Of a stretch of 64,000 nucleotides of DNA, positions 43,505-54,486 are shown in pieces. The DNA is taken from NCBI GenBank assembly GCA_963693365.1, contig CAVNZM010000004.1, positions 11,994,468 to 12,058,467 of the forward strand, read 5' to 3'. Source of the DNA: Amoebidium appalachense. Taxonomy: Eukaryota > Protista > Ichthyosporea. The notes under the pieces were generated by a model. That model did not search any database, was not told the DNA's origin, and was given only the letters and a program-made list of their open reading frames with translations. Every line of letters begins with the position of its first letter. Position 1 is the first letter of the stretch. A program made the translations under genes and the position numbers.

Positions 43505-46500
43505 CCGGATTTTTGATTGGGTCTTCGTCATCGACTGGTTTCTCCCGAGGCGGCATCGCGGTTTTAGCCAATCCTAGCATTCGTTCGGATTGCAGGGTCA
43601 TTGTGGCGCATGAGTATTTCGTCACCATTCAGTTTCGTGCATGGACTTTGTCTTTCGTGTACTTTCCTCCGTCGTTAGGTACTGACACTTTGTCAGCCGT
43701 GGTTAACCAAATTCCCGTTTCTCAAGTTTTTATTGGTGACTTCAATTGTTCCGTGGTTCCGTGTGATAGGGAACATACCCCGTCCCCAGCACAGTTTCGT
43801 CCTTTTTCTGACCGTGCTCGTGTCCTCGCCAACCTTCTTCGAAAGCACCTTGTCCGTCTTCCTCGCGTTTTCGCTACCCACGCGACTGACTGGGGTGCCT
43901 CGTTTTGGGACTCCACCCTTCGAGTAATTTCCCCACCCGATTCCTTACGGCGTAGTTCGGACCATTCCCCTGTAGAATTTTCGGTTTCCTTCCCTGTTCA
44001 CTTCGGCGGGGCTACTCAGACTAACCGCCGCCTCTTATCTCGCGGTTTCAAGCACAAGTTAAACCACTGGCAGTTACTCGCTGTCAAGGAGTATGAGTCG
44101 GTTCATGGCTTCTTTCTTGCCGCAGTGCGCGACGCCCGTGCGCAGCGGAACCCGGCTCTTTTGGAGGTTTGTTATAATGAGTTTGTTGAGTTCCTATTTG
44201 CCCTTGGCGAGCAGGTGGTGGGCACGGTTGAGTACCCTTCCGTTCGGCTGAGACAGTCTCACGTTTTGCAGTCTCTACGACAGTTGTTGCCTCTACAGGA
44301 AGCATTATCGGTCTGGAAATCCGCCGGTCGGTTTGGGCCTTCCGTGCAAGTCTATGCCCCGTCTCCTTCCATCTCCGTTGCTGAATCCGTCGATGACTAT
44401 TATGCTTCCCTATTTTTGCTTCCTAACGTGTCCACGGTTCCATCACCGCCCGCTGGCCTTTCCCAGCCGCCAAGTTGGGAGCCGGACCGATCGTTCCCGG
44501 GCACTTTTCATAGTTATTTCAACTCTTCGGCTGTTTTTGGTGCTATACGGGCGTTAAAACCCCGCAAGGCGTGCGGGCCGGATGCTCTTCCTCCCGTGCT
44601 TTTCAAGGTTCTTTCTCCCGTGCTTCCGCCCCGTAATCGTGCAGAGTCCCCCCCGCCCCCGCCTTTTGCTGTCCTTCTTAGTGAGTTTTTTTCGGCTTTT
44701 TTCGAACTCGGGTTTATTCCAAATTCGTGGCTTGACACAATCGTTACGCCCGTTCGTAAGAAGGTATCGCAGGGGGTCATTAACGACTTTCGTCCCGTCA
44801 CACTTACCAATGTTTTTCGTCGGCTCTTCGAGGGTTGCATGCTTCGCGCTTTTAACACCGACGATTCTTTAAACGCCGTGTTCCGTCTTTCTTCCCTTCA
44901 AGGGGGCTTTCGTCATGCCTATTCGTGTTATACTCACAGTCTGTTACTCCATGAATCCATTACTTCTGGCTCTCCACACGTTGTCTTCATCGACCTTAAG
45001 AACGCCTACGACACCGTACCCACTGGTTTGTTATGGCATAAGCTGGCTATGCGGGGCTTACCAGCCCCCTTTGGCCGTCTTCTGCAAGCGTTGTTCGATA
45101 CCACTCGCGGACGAGCGGCGGTCAATGGAACATTAACACCCGGTTTTTCCCGTTCCCGGGGTCTTCTTCAGGGGTCCCTCCTGAGTCCGTTGTTGTTTGA
45201 CGTTTTCATTGACGATTTAGCCTGCGCCCTCGAACCCTTTGGCCAACTGCATACCCGCCGTGTACCGGGTCTCCTTTTTGCGGACGATATTGTTCTTTGT
45301 TCCTTAACCGAAGATGTCATGCACCAGATGCTTCGTCAGGTGGATCAATGGTGCACCGAGAATCTCATGTCAGTCGGAATTGCAAAGTGTGCTACTTTTT
45401 CGAAGAACACTTCCTTTCGATTGGCCGGCCTTCCTATTCCTGTTCAGAGCACCTATGACTATTTGGGTATTCCTTTTACTGCACGGGGTATTGATTTCCG
45501 CAAGCTCCTCACGGCACGGATCACTCGTGCGAAGGGTAAGCTTCACATCGTGTCAAATATGTTTCAACAGGAGTCTGTGATCCATCCAGTGCGAACCTTC
45601 TTCTCTACTATAAAACTTTTTTACGGCCGACTTTCGAATATGGACTTCCGCTATTGGCCTGCGCCCCACCTCGCGAGGCGGCAATGGCGCTGAAAGAGTT
45701 CGACGATTTTCAGGGTACTGCGCTACGCACTTTGTTTCGTACTCGGTTTGTGCCTCCCTTAATCAGTATGTTTGGATTGTCGTCTGCTGTTTGTCGTATG
45801 GAGGAATTGTCTCTTCGTTTTTGTTTTCATTTAGTTAGGCTACCTGATGGTCACCCTCTTTATGCTTTCTTTCCCCCCCCTCCCTCCATCCCTCTTCCCC
45901 CCCGATTCACCAACGCTACTTCTGAATGTCCTCAGCCTACCCTCTTTCCACCTGATTCTTCCTCTCGCTATCTCACTCCCTCTTTCTTTTCTCTTCCTGT
46001 TTTTTCTGCCTTTTCGCATTATTACCATACGCAGTATAAGTTTCTTTCTCGTTCTGATAGAGAAATCAAAGGTAAAACTCAGTCGGCATGTGTTATGTTC
46101 CTTAGGAAACACCGTACTGATCATTATCGCTTTTTGGGAGCTTTGGCAGGATACATTTCTCCTGCTGTACGTATGGATACCACCCTAGTAGATAAGTCTG
46201 TATGGTGCTCTGATGTTGATATTGCCTGGGAAGTTGTGCAGTGGCGCTGTAATTCTTGTTTTCATCGCCGCTGGTGCCACTTTTGTGCTGACCTTTTTAA
46301 TCGCAAGCATGTTGATAGGTGTGAATTTTTATGTCGCGTTTTACCTCTTTCCCTCCGGGTATCTGCTACACTAGCTGGCAATGTGAACACTTTAGACTTT
46401 TTGTTGAATTCTGTTGGTCGTCACATTGAGTATTTATATGATTTTCACACAGTGTTCAGGTATCTCAGTATGCACTTGTTACTGGATAACTCGTGAAGTT

Positions 46501-46570
46501 TTTATTGTCTTCTCCGTATGCCGTGCATACTTGCATATCTTTCCGTTGAATAAATCCAGTCAAAAGAAAA
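43505..46570 (+). mobile_element. LINE family B, long copy B2 (APE-RT, 5'-truncated, one frameshift)
   Basis: ORFs 43513-45693 and 45654-46496 with YFPP, FIGDFN, SDHSP, GPDALP, DLKNAYDTV, QGSLLSP and FADD. A 2-nt insertion at about 45588 relative to B1 breaks the frame. Inserted into LINE C at CACACATAT|TACAC with ATAT duplicated (43501-43504, 46571-46574). Confidence 0.92.
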
Positions 46571-47035
46571 ATATTACACATACGAGCAGGAGACACCAGA
46601 AACCGATAATACACCGCCAAGCCATAATCATCTTTGCGTTTTTACACCACACCACATTACGAATAAACGAATCTATGTAGGAGCGAGACTCTCTAATCGT
46701 ATCCGCCATATAAGCTACTAGTAGTTGGTGTTTTTGCGGTCCTAACACAGGAAGGGACTCAACACGTAGAGCAAAAAGATATCTATCAGCCATAGACTAT
46801 TCATATTCACACTATGATCTAGCCGTACCTCCGGTGGGGTCGCCAACAAAAATGTGAGTCTATGGTGATTTAACGGGACCAGCTCATAATAAATGCTCAT
46901 GATTTTGTTTGTGAGTCCATGGGTATTTAACAAGGAATTCTACATTGCATACCAATGTCACGAATATAAAGCCGGCTGCCCTTCCCACACTTACCACATT
47001 AGCACTTCAATGAAATGTGTTCTGTAGACAGCACG

Positions 47036-47226
47036 ATGATGGGTACACAAGGAATACTCCCGGCAATGACCTTCATCATGGCGGTTCTTGCCGCGCTGGC
47101 CGGCAGCGTCATGGGTACCTGTGACGATGCTATGGCGAAGTGCTACGCATGCGACCCGAAGGCGCGCGGGGGCTGCGAGTGGCTGCCCCTAGCTGTCCGA
47201 CAAAGAATGCATATCAAATTGTGTCT
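47036..47226 (+). CDS. First exon or remnant of a small Cys-rich protein with a signal-peptide-like N-terminus
   Basis: TATAAA at 46964-46969, then MMGTQGILPAMTFIMAVLAALAGSVMGTCDDAMAKCYACDPKARGGCEW. Clear paralogue at 60840-61344. Candidate donor GTGCGT at 47227 followed by C-runs. Downstream exons not identified. Confidence 0.55.
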
Positions 47227-47390
47227 GTGCGTCTCCCCCAACCTCCCCCCTTCCCCCCCTTCCCCCCTTCCCCTTTCCCCCCGTCCTTTGGGTCCTTTTT
47301 GTGGGCGGGGAGATTTTTTTTTTTTTTTGTTTGTTTGTATGTTTTAGTGTGTGTGTGTGTGTCAACGTGTGTGTTTTTTTTAGTTTTTTT

Positions 47391-47437
<47 letters not shown>

Positions 47438-47656
47438 GGGGGGGGGGGGATGGGGGGGGGGACGGGGAGGGGGGGGGGGGCTGTGCAAAAATGTGTGCAT
47501 ATGTCTGTGTATTCATTTGGATTTTGTGATCGCTTGTCACTGGGTGTGTTTATATGTGTGGTGTGTGTGTGTGTGCACACATGTGTATCACAATGTGTGT
47601 GTGTGTGTGTCTCCGTGTCTCCGTGTCACGGTGCACGGTGTGTGTGTGTGCCCCCC

Positions 47657-47718
<62 letters not shown>

Positions 47719-49293
47719 ACCCGAAGCCCAGAAGAAGGACTCACAGGACCGGGGCAGGCGGAGGCGGGCGGGTAGGCGGGCGGGCGGGCGGGCGGGCAGG
47801 CGGGCGGGCGGACAGGGGGGCGGGAAGAGGGGGGGGGGGGGGAGGGGGGGGGATAAGATATTGAATCGTACGGCCGAGAAAACCTTAAGATTTTAGACCC
47901 TAAACCTTATCTGCCTGTTATCTTGAAAGTGAGTGACCCCTGTACCGAACCAAACACCATTTTTCTGTACCCGTGACCCCCCTTAAACTTGCCCTGTAAC
48001 TCTGGGAGTTGCTGCTGAAAGCTACAGCCGTGGGGCTGCTGCATGTATACTATGTATATTATCATGCTCTTTAGAGACCGATCGTTCTGCCATGTCTGTC
48101 TAACGGGCTCAGTTTAGAACGTGGGTATGTAGGTCCTATGGGGCTTATACCTACCACCATTCAGCGGTACTGAATTATAAGACTTTAGATCAAAAGGTTC
48201 AAAATCAAAAAGCAATATTTCAATCGTAATAACCAAAAGTTCGTCCAGAAAGTCAGTTTCTTCGCTTGCAGCCCCAAGTTCGCAGCGCAGTAAGAAGCAG
48301 ACACCAGAGACAAACTTTCGTGCTCTTGGTGTCTACGTGACCCTTAGGTTGTCAACAACGTCGGTGTGTAGTTTGTTTTGTGGGTTTTGTATTTTTAACA
48401 CCACTTATAAGGATCGCCAGCAACTAGGTCATTCGGGCGACTTTTGTGGCTCAGATCGCCGGTCGGCTTATCTCTCTCTCTCCCTCTATCTCTCTCTCGC
48501 GCTCTCTCCGCTCTCTCTCTCCAGACTCCCCCCCCCCTCCCCCCCCCAATATATATCATAGATATTATGTGATATATTAATATTATCATATATAAATCAG
48601 AAGAGTCTCTCGAGAGAGCTCCCCCCCCCCCCCCCCCCCCGCCAAACTCTCTCTCTCTCTATCTCCCTCCCTCCCCCCCACCTTCTCCCCCCCACCCTCT
48701 CTCTCTCTAGGTCCGATCCCCGAGTCCCAGCCTGGTTCTCTCTCTCTCTTTCCGGCGAGGCTCTCAGTTCCTCTCTCTCTCGGAGTCAATCTAGGCCGGG
48801 CTCTCTTTCTCTTTCTTCCTCGATGCTCCCTCTCTGTGTGATCGTTTGCACTGTGGGGAAAACCATGTTCGGACTCCCTAGGCCTGGTTCAACTTAATCG
48901 TACGACAGTTAAATTTTTTTGATGTGACGGTGCCTCACAGTGGCATTATTATGGCATTAGTCTGTCGGTATGATCATGTCATCTGTCTTACGTGGGCTGT
49001 TTCGCAAAGTTTATGTGTGCATCACTGAGTGAAGATGTGTCAGGGCTCCGAGATTAAATAGGACCTGAGAGCTGCGGGAGAAAATACAACGTGTTGTTGG
49101 CATTTACCAAAATCAGGACTCCGAGGGAGGGAGGGAGGGGGGAGGGGGAGGGGGGGGGGGGGGGGGGGGGGGAGGGAAACTCAGTCTGACGAAGGGATCG
49201 ATGCCGTGGCCCGCCTGTAAGTTGTGCAAGCATTCCAAGGTGGCAGCTGTGTGTGTGTTTTGGCAACTGTGTATATGTTGTGCCAACTGTATC

Positions 49294-49399
<106 letters not shown>

Positions 49400-49760
49400 G
49401 GGGGGAGGGGGGGAGGCAGGAGGGGGGATATTGAAGTTCAGAGGGAAGGGCAAGGGCAACTTGAAAACTTATTGTTGAAGGGAAACATGCATCAATATTG
49501 TGCTATAAATCAAGGTGAATGCACGTGGGCTGGAGGTGTCTGGTGGGCATGTGTGACAGGCTCAACGTGGCAGGAGTGTATAATTGTGAGAAAGGTTATC
49601 TTTTTTGGGGGGGGAGAGGGGGGGGGGGGGGGGGGAAGCGAGGAAGTGGAAGGGAGGTAAGAGAGAGGGGGGGGGAAGAGGGAGGGGGGGCGGGTCCGGA
49701 TATGATGGGTATCCTTCTTCTCTAGCTTGCTGTTGAGGTGCGGGACAGGGAAGAGCGGGC

Positions 49761-49792
<32 letters not shown>

Positions 49793-50295
49793 AGGGGGGG
49801 GGGGGGATTTGACAACAGCCCCAACGTGAGGTACGGAACTCGAGTGGGTAAGGCCACGTGTTTGGGTCGGTGTTCATTCCCAACACGTTGAGCACTACTC
49901 TGGTGCCTGCTGGCACCTTCCATCCACCAAGGTCACACTCATGGGCAGCCTGCCTGGTACTGAAGTGTGTGTGTGTGCGTGTGTGTGTGTGTGTGCGGTG
50001 GGAGGGGAGGGAGGGAGGGGAGGGGAGGGGGATGGGGGGTGGGGGGGGGGGGGGGGGGGGGGGGGAGAGAGAGAGAAGGGGAGGGGGGACTCGGGGGGGG
50101 GGGGGGGGGGGGGGGAGGGGGGGAGGAGGGAGGTGATAATGGATTTGGGAAGGGAGAAACGGATGTGTATGAGTAGAGCAAAGTGAGGAGAGTCATGAGT
50201 TCCACTACGGCGTGTGGCCTGTTGTCAGCAAATATGAGGAGGGGCCGGGGGGGTTGGGGGGGGGGGGGGGGGGGGGGGGGGGGTGGGGGGGGGGG

Positions 50296-50368
<73 letters not shown>

Positions 50369-50466
50369 CTATAAAGATGTGGAACCTTCAACCCAACATG
50401 GATGTCAGAAAGGGAAAGAGGGAACAGGCAGTAGCAGCGTTAAAAGATCCCCTATCCCCCTTGCAG

Positions 50467-50497
<31 letters not shown>

Positions 50498-50638
50498 GGG
50501 GGGGAGAGGAGGAGGAGGGAGGAGGGGGGGGGGGGGGGGGGGGGGGGGGGAGGAGGGAGGGCATGTGTATTTGTGCATCATTTATGCATGTGCACATGCG
50601 TAACTTCTGTGGACAGGCTCGACAGGAAAGGTTGAACA

Positions 50639-50671
<33 letters not shown>

Positions 50672-51630
50672 GAAGAAGGGGAGCAGCTGAGTTACATGGC
50701 ATAGATTGAGGGGTAGACGCGGAGAGTCTCCAACACAATTCGGTGGAGGGTGGAATGTGGGGGTATCATGTGTCAGCCTCACCCTCTCTCCTGTCGTCAG
50801 TACACTTATTGTTTGGTATTTTTCACTTAACTGCTATGAACCTTCCTCCCCTCCCCCCTCCCCTTTTCCCCGCCCCTTCAAGCCCCCACCCCCTCCCCGG
50901 ACCCTGATTGAACTCTGCTGCGCGACCCCCTCTCCCACACCCCTTCCCCACAACCTTACATATATACCCATGTATCCAACAATACACTCGTACCTCGGAA
51001 ATCACATTACCCACAATTGGCAATCTACCTAAATGTGCAAAGCGCACAAACCAAGCAAATAGGGTCGACAACAAAAGAGAGAGAGGGAGGAGAGAAAGGA
51101 AAACAACACAAACACACACGAGGTTAAGACACACACGGCAGGATACCCAAACGCCATTAGCATAAAGTTGTCCGTGAGAAAAAAAAAAGAAAGTTCAAAT
51201 ATAAGTAGACAGCATGAATATTCACTAACCGGGATATGTGGGGTGGTGGGTCAAGCAGCCCCAAAAGGGGGTGGCACCGTGCGTGGTTCGGCGGCGGGGG
51301 GGGGGGGGGGGGGGGGGGGGGGGGAGAAGGGCCACACCAGTTGCTGCAGATGTGCAAAGGTGAGTTCTTCCCCAGCGGCTATCATGATGGTGGCATCGAT
51401 GTCCTCCTGCAGATATGTTCGATCAGGCTCAACCCGTGAAACGACTCTCCCTCCCCACCCACTGTCCTCGGTTTCAACTTATCACCCACATCCTAACCCA
51501 TTCCATGGGTATTTGGAATGCTACGATCCCAAAACTCATACAAGCCAGATTAGACTATGTAAACAAATGGGGATGGGATATCCCCCCCCCCCCCCCCCCC
51601 CCTCCAAAAAAAAAAAATACACATCTTTCT

Positions 51631-51661
<31 letters not shown>

Positions 51662-51823
51662 CCCCCCCAAAAAAACACCCAGCAAAAAAAAAGAGAGACA
51701 AAAAGAACAAGAAAACTTTTTTGGAGCCATGCCGTGTAGGCACGCACCAATACACGTGCACACGTGCACACGCACCTACACGTACACACACGTAAAACAC
51801 GTGCACACACTCGCGCACACGTG

Positions 51824-52433
51824 TGTAAACATCTGTACACGCCGTACATGTTTACTATTACGAATATACTGTACATATCATAGTGATCACGTAGATATTG
51901 TGTACATATGATCAGATCAATATCACACGCGACAGCCGCGGGCTGCGGCTCACGACTGAGCCGCGGCGCCGGCAATATGCAGTGGCCGTGCAGTCAGTAT
52001 GAACCAATAGAATTCGAGAACCGCTAGGATAGGAATGCAAGTCTCATCCACTACGGAGGCGACATCTATAGCTAAACGAACGGAACCAATAAGGAAATCA
52101 GACCCAGTTGCATAAACCTAAACGGGCTTAAGTATTGACCAATCATTTGCCACAAAGTTATCCTTTTAGTTAGCTTCATGTTATTGGTGCACTGTGTGCA
52201 CATAAAGACGACCGCACTCTTCTGACTGGTCAGAAGTCACGAAGGCATCAATGCCACCCATCCAGATGATCCGGAACCTGGGGGCTATATAAACAAGCCG
52301 TCCCAGTACGGGGGATCACTCTGAACGAGCACATTAAATAGTAACCTGGCCGCGTGTGCCTTACTACCCGTTCTCTGTCTTTATTCTGATTCAGTTGTTC
52401 TCTGCCTTATCCCAACTAGTTCAACTGTTTACA
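51824..52433 (+). repeat. 5' LTR
   Basis: Differs from 59459-60068 at only two positions seen by eye (TATTACGAAT vs TATCACAAAT). Contains CCAAT boxes, TATATAAA (52286-52293) and ATTAAA. Confidence 0.97.
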
Positions 52434-52434
52434 T

Positions 52435-52448
52435 TGGCGACCGCGCAG
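52435..52448 (+). promoter_or_regulatory. Primer-binding site, probably tRNA-Arg
   Basis: TGGCGACCGCGCAG starts 1 nt after the LTR and is complementary to a tRNA 3' end ..CGCGGUCG-CCA. From memory this resembles eukaryotic tRNA-Arg; the host tRNA set was not checked. Confidence 0.65.
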
Positions 52449-52485
52449 TTCCAGAATCTCACATCTTTCAAGAATCTCTTCAACC

Positions 52486-53379
52486 ATGGCGGGCGAATTT
52501 GACGACTACCCTGTACTCTCGGACAATGAAAGCAAACTGACACGTGACACCAAGAAGCCTACCGCAGTCAAACCGCCGCCCCCAACGCAGAAGAAAGCCA
52601 AGACTCCGGGGCAGGGCACGAAAACACTCCCCACCCCTCCCCCTACACAGCCTCGTGCTCCCCAGAAACCGAACACGATCACAAAACCCAACACACACAC
52701 GAACACAAAGGCAACTACGAAGCCCACTGGCAACGAACAAACGAAGCCCAACGAAAGCACGAAACCCAAAGACAAAACGAAGCGCAACGAACACACGAAA
52801 ACCAACGAACATACGAACACCAACGAACACACGAACACCAACAAACACACGAACGAACTTCAAGTAGCAACGAAGGAAAAAACGAAACAAGACCGGGACA
52901 CTGCCACAGCTCTGGCAGAGGTGCGGGGCCGTGTTCTCTCCAAGTTCTATCGTATTGAAACTCTGAGACGTGCCATTCAAACTGCAATCGATGCTGGGCG
53001 GCCTGTGATGGACCTCGAAGCTGATGTCGCGCAGATTTACAGTGAAATTTCGCAGATGGAAGACACCACACTGTCTAGAATGTTGTGCACGTCCGCGAAA
53101 TGGTCTGAGTTGGAGCGGGAAGCACAGTTGGTGGCTGAGGCACGTGTGAAAAATACGACGGTGCCCACCACCCCCCGTCCTCCCCCACCCACCACAGGCA
53201 AGAAGCCTTTGTCCCCGGTCCCATCTGGGTGCACTGATCCCAAGGTAATTGCACCTCCCGCACCCCCCACTAAATTTACATATAAGGATGTGCTTGCGCG
53301 CACACTCAGCTACACTGATTCTGATGCTGAAAATGAAGAAAAACACGAACAAAGTTACGAAGACACACCCACAAACTAA
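52486..53379 (+). CDS. Gypsy ORF upstream of the gag core (297 aa; T/P/K-rich repeats plus a helical segment)
   Basis: ATG in context CAACCATGG; repeated TNEHT(N/K) hexapeptides; central amphipathic helical region. Same frame as gag, separated by TAA AAC GAA CAC. Confidence 0.75.
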   Translation: MAGEFDDYPVLSDNESKLTRDTKKPTAVKPPPPTQKKAKTPGQGTKTLPTPPPTQPRAPQKPNTITKPNTHTNTKATTKPTGNEQTKPNESTKPKDKTKRNEHTKTNEHTNTNEHTNTNKHTNELQVATKEKTKQDRDTATALAEVRGRVLSKFYRIETLRRAIQTAIDAGRPVMDLEADVAQIYSEISQMEDTTLSRMLCTSAKWSELEREAQLVAEARVKNTTVPTTPRPPPPTTGKKPLSPVPSGCTDPKVIAPPAPPTKFTYKDVLARTLSYTDSDAENEEKHEQSYEDTPTN

Positions 53380-53388
53380 AACGAACAC

Positions 53389-54486
53389 ATGACTGCGAAA
53401 GTGCATGAAGAAGATCACTTCGACCAGCCTAAAGCACCCGTATTTAACGAAATCCCCCTTGCAGGATCCCCTCTGGCGTCTGCAGGTGGACTGGCAGGCA
53501 CGCCAAGTCGCCCGAGAGGCTCTGATGTCAGCACAGGCTCAGGAGGTAAGGCTGGGTCTATATTGAACAAGCACTTTGCAGAGCACGAAAAACTGTGGTT
53601 GCACCCTCTCCGCCAGTTGCATGCATCCGAATACGGCCCCATCTTGGCTGCATTGAAACTACCAGAATACAAGGGTGACTTGCAGGATAAATGCACGGTG
53701 ATTGAATGGCTGCACGAATTTTCCCAGCAGATGTTTTGCATTGCAGGGGTCCCCCCCACACTTGCTGTTCGCTGGGCGGTGCAGTGCTTTCCTCTTGCTT
53801 CCCCCGCCCGTGTGTGGTACACGAATTTTACCAGGACACAGGGAGAACTCACGTTTGATGCATTTGCACATGCACTAGTTACGAAATTTCACGACCAGCG
53901 TGTGCAAGAGGCACTCAGTGCCGAATTAAATGCACTCAAACAAGGCAAGCAAAAGGTGGCCGAATTTGCAAGCAGGCATGCGCGTTTGTGGGCACGTGTG
54001 TACCCCCTTAAGTCTGAGGCACACCAAATTTTGGATTTGTCTCACCGATTGGGTGGGGAAGACGAACAAGAATTTCGCAAATATCAACTCAGACAAACAC
54101 GAAAAGAAGAAGAATTGACCCTGTCTGGAGTTGTTGCCTATCTCGCAGAAAAAGAAAGAGACAGGCACACACGAACCCCATCCACCATTCTAACACAGAA
54201 ACCCCCCACAAAACAGCAACCCGGTGGTGGATCTGGTGCCAGCGAGAAGCCGTCTATTTTTTCGCGCATGGGCACCACCCCCTGCAACCGTGGGTGCAAG
54301 TACGGCAGCCACGCCGAAGGCAAGACGTGCCCGGCCCTCAAATTCGAATGCCACTCCTGCAAGCAGAAGGGGCACTTTGGGGGGTCACCAATTTGCCCCA
54401 AGTACGACCCCAACTTTAAGAAGGGAACCCGCAAGGCAGAGATTGAGGCTAATCGGGCCAAGTTCAAGAGAGCACGTGTAGAATAG
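53389..54486 (+). CDS. gag: Gag core (capsid-like region + zinc knuckle)
   Basis: Retrotransposon-gag-like ARVWY..TFDAFAHALVTKF..LNALKQGKQKVAEF and knuckle CHSCKQKGHFGGSPIC; located between the PBS and pol. Confidence 0.9.
   Translation: MTAKVHEEDHFDQPKAPVFNEIPLAGSPLASAGGLAGTPSRPRGSDVSTGSGGKAGSILNKHFAEHEKLWLHPLRQLHASEYGPILAALKLPEYKGDLQDKCTVIEWLHEFSQQMFCIAGVPPTLAVRWAVQCFPLASPARVWYTNFTRTQGELTFDAFAHALVTKFHDQRVQEALSAELNALKQGKQKVAEFASRHARLWARVYPLKSEAHQILDLSHRLGGEDEQEFRKYQLRQTRKEEELTLSGVVAYLAEKERDRHTRTPSTILTQKPPTKQQPGGGSGASEKPSIFSRMGTTPCNRGCKYGSHAEGKTCPALKFECHSCKQKGHFGGSPICPKYDPNFKKGTRKAEIEANRAKFKRARVE

Larger units (their letters stand above)
41855..46844 (-). mobile_element. LINE family C fragment C1, split by two family B insertions
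   Basis: 41855-41970 matches 61876-61983, 43491-43504 (CCCCCCACACATAT) matches 62257-62270, and 46571-46844 matches about 62267-62540. The 3' end is GTAAACCCC (41855-41863). Confidence 0.85.

Noticed and set aside
42003-46570. B1-B2 tandem as one insertion made by RT template jumping
   Set aside because: B1 has its own 11-bp TSD and LINE C sequence (43491-43504) lies between the two, indicating separate insertions.
49181-49250. LTGGPRHRS as the heme exon of P450-3
   Set aside because: It lacks the Phe and the invariant Cys, and does not align with exon 10 of the paralogues.
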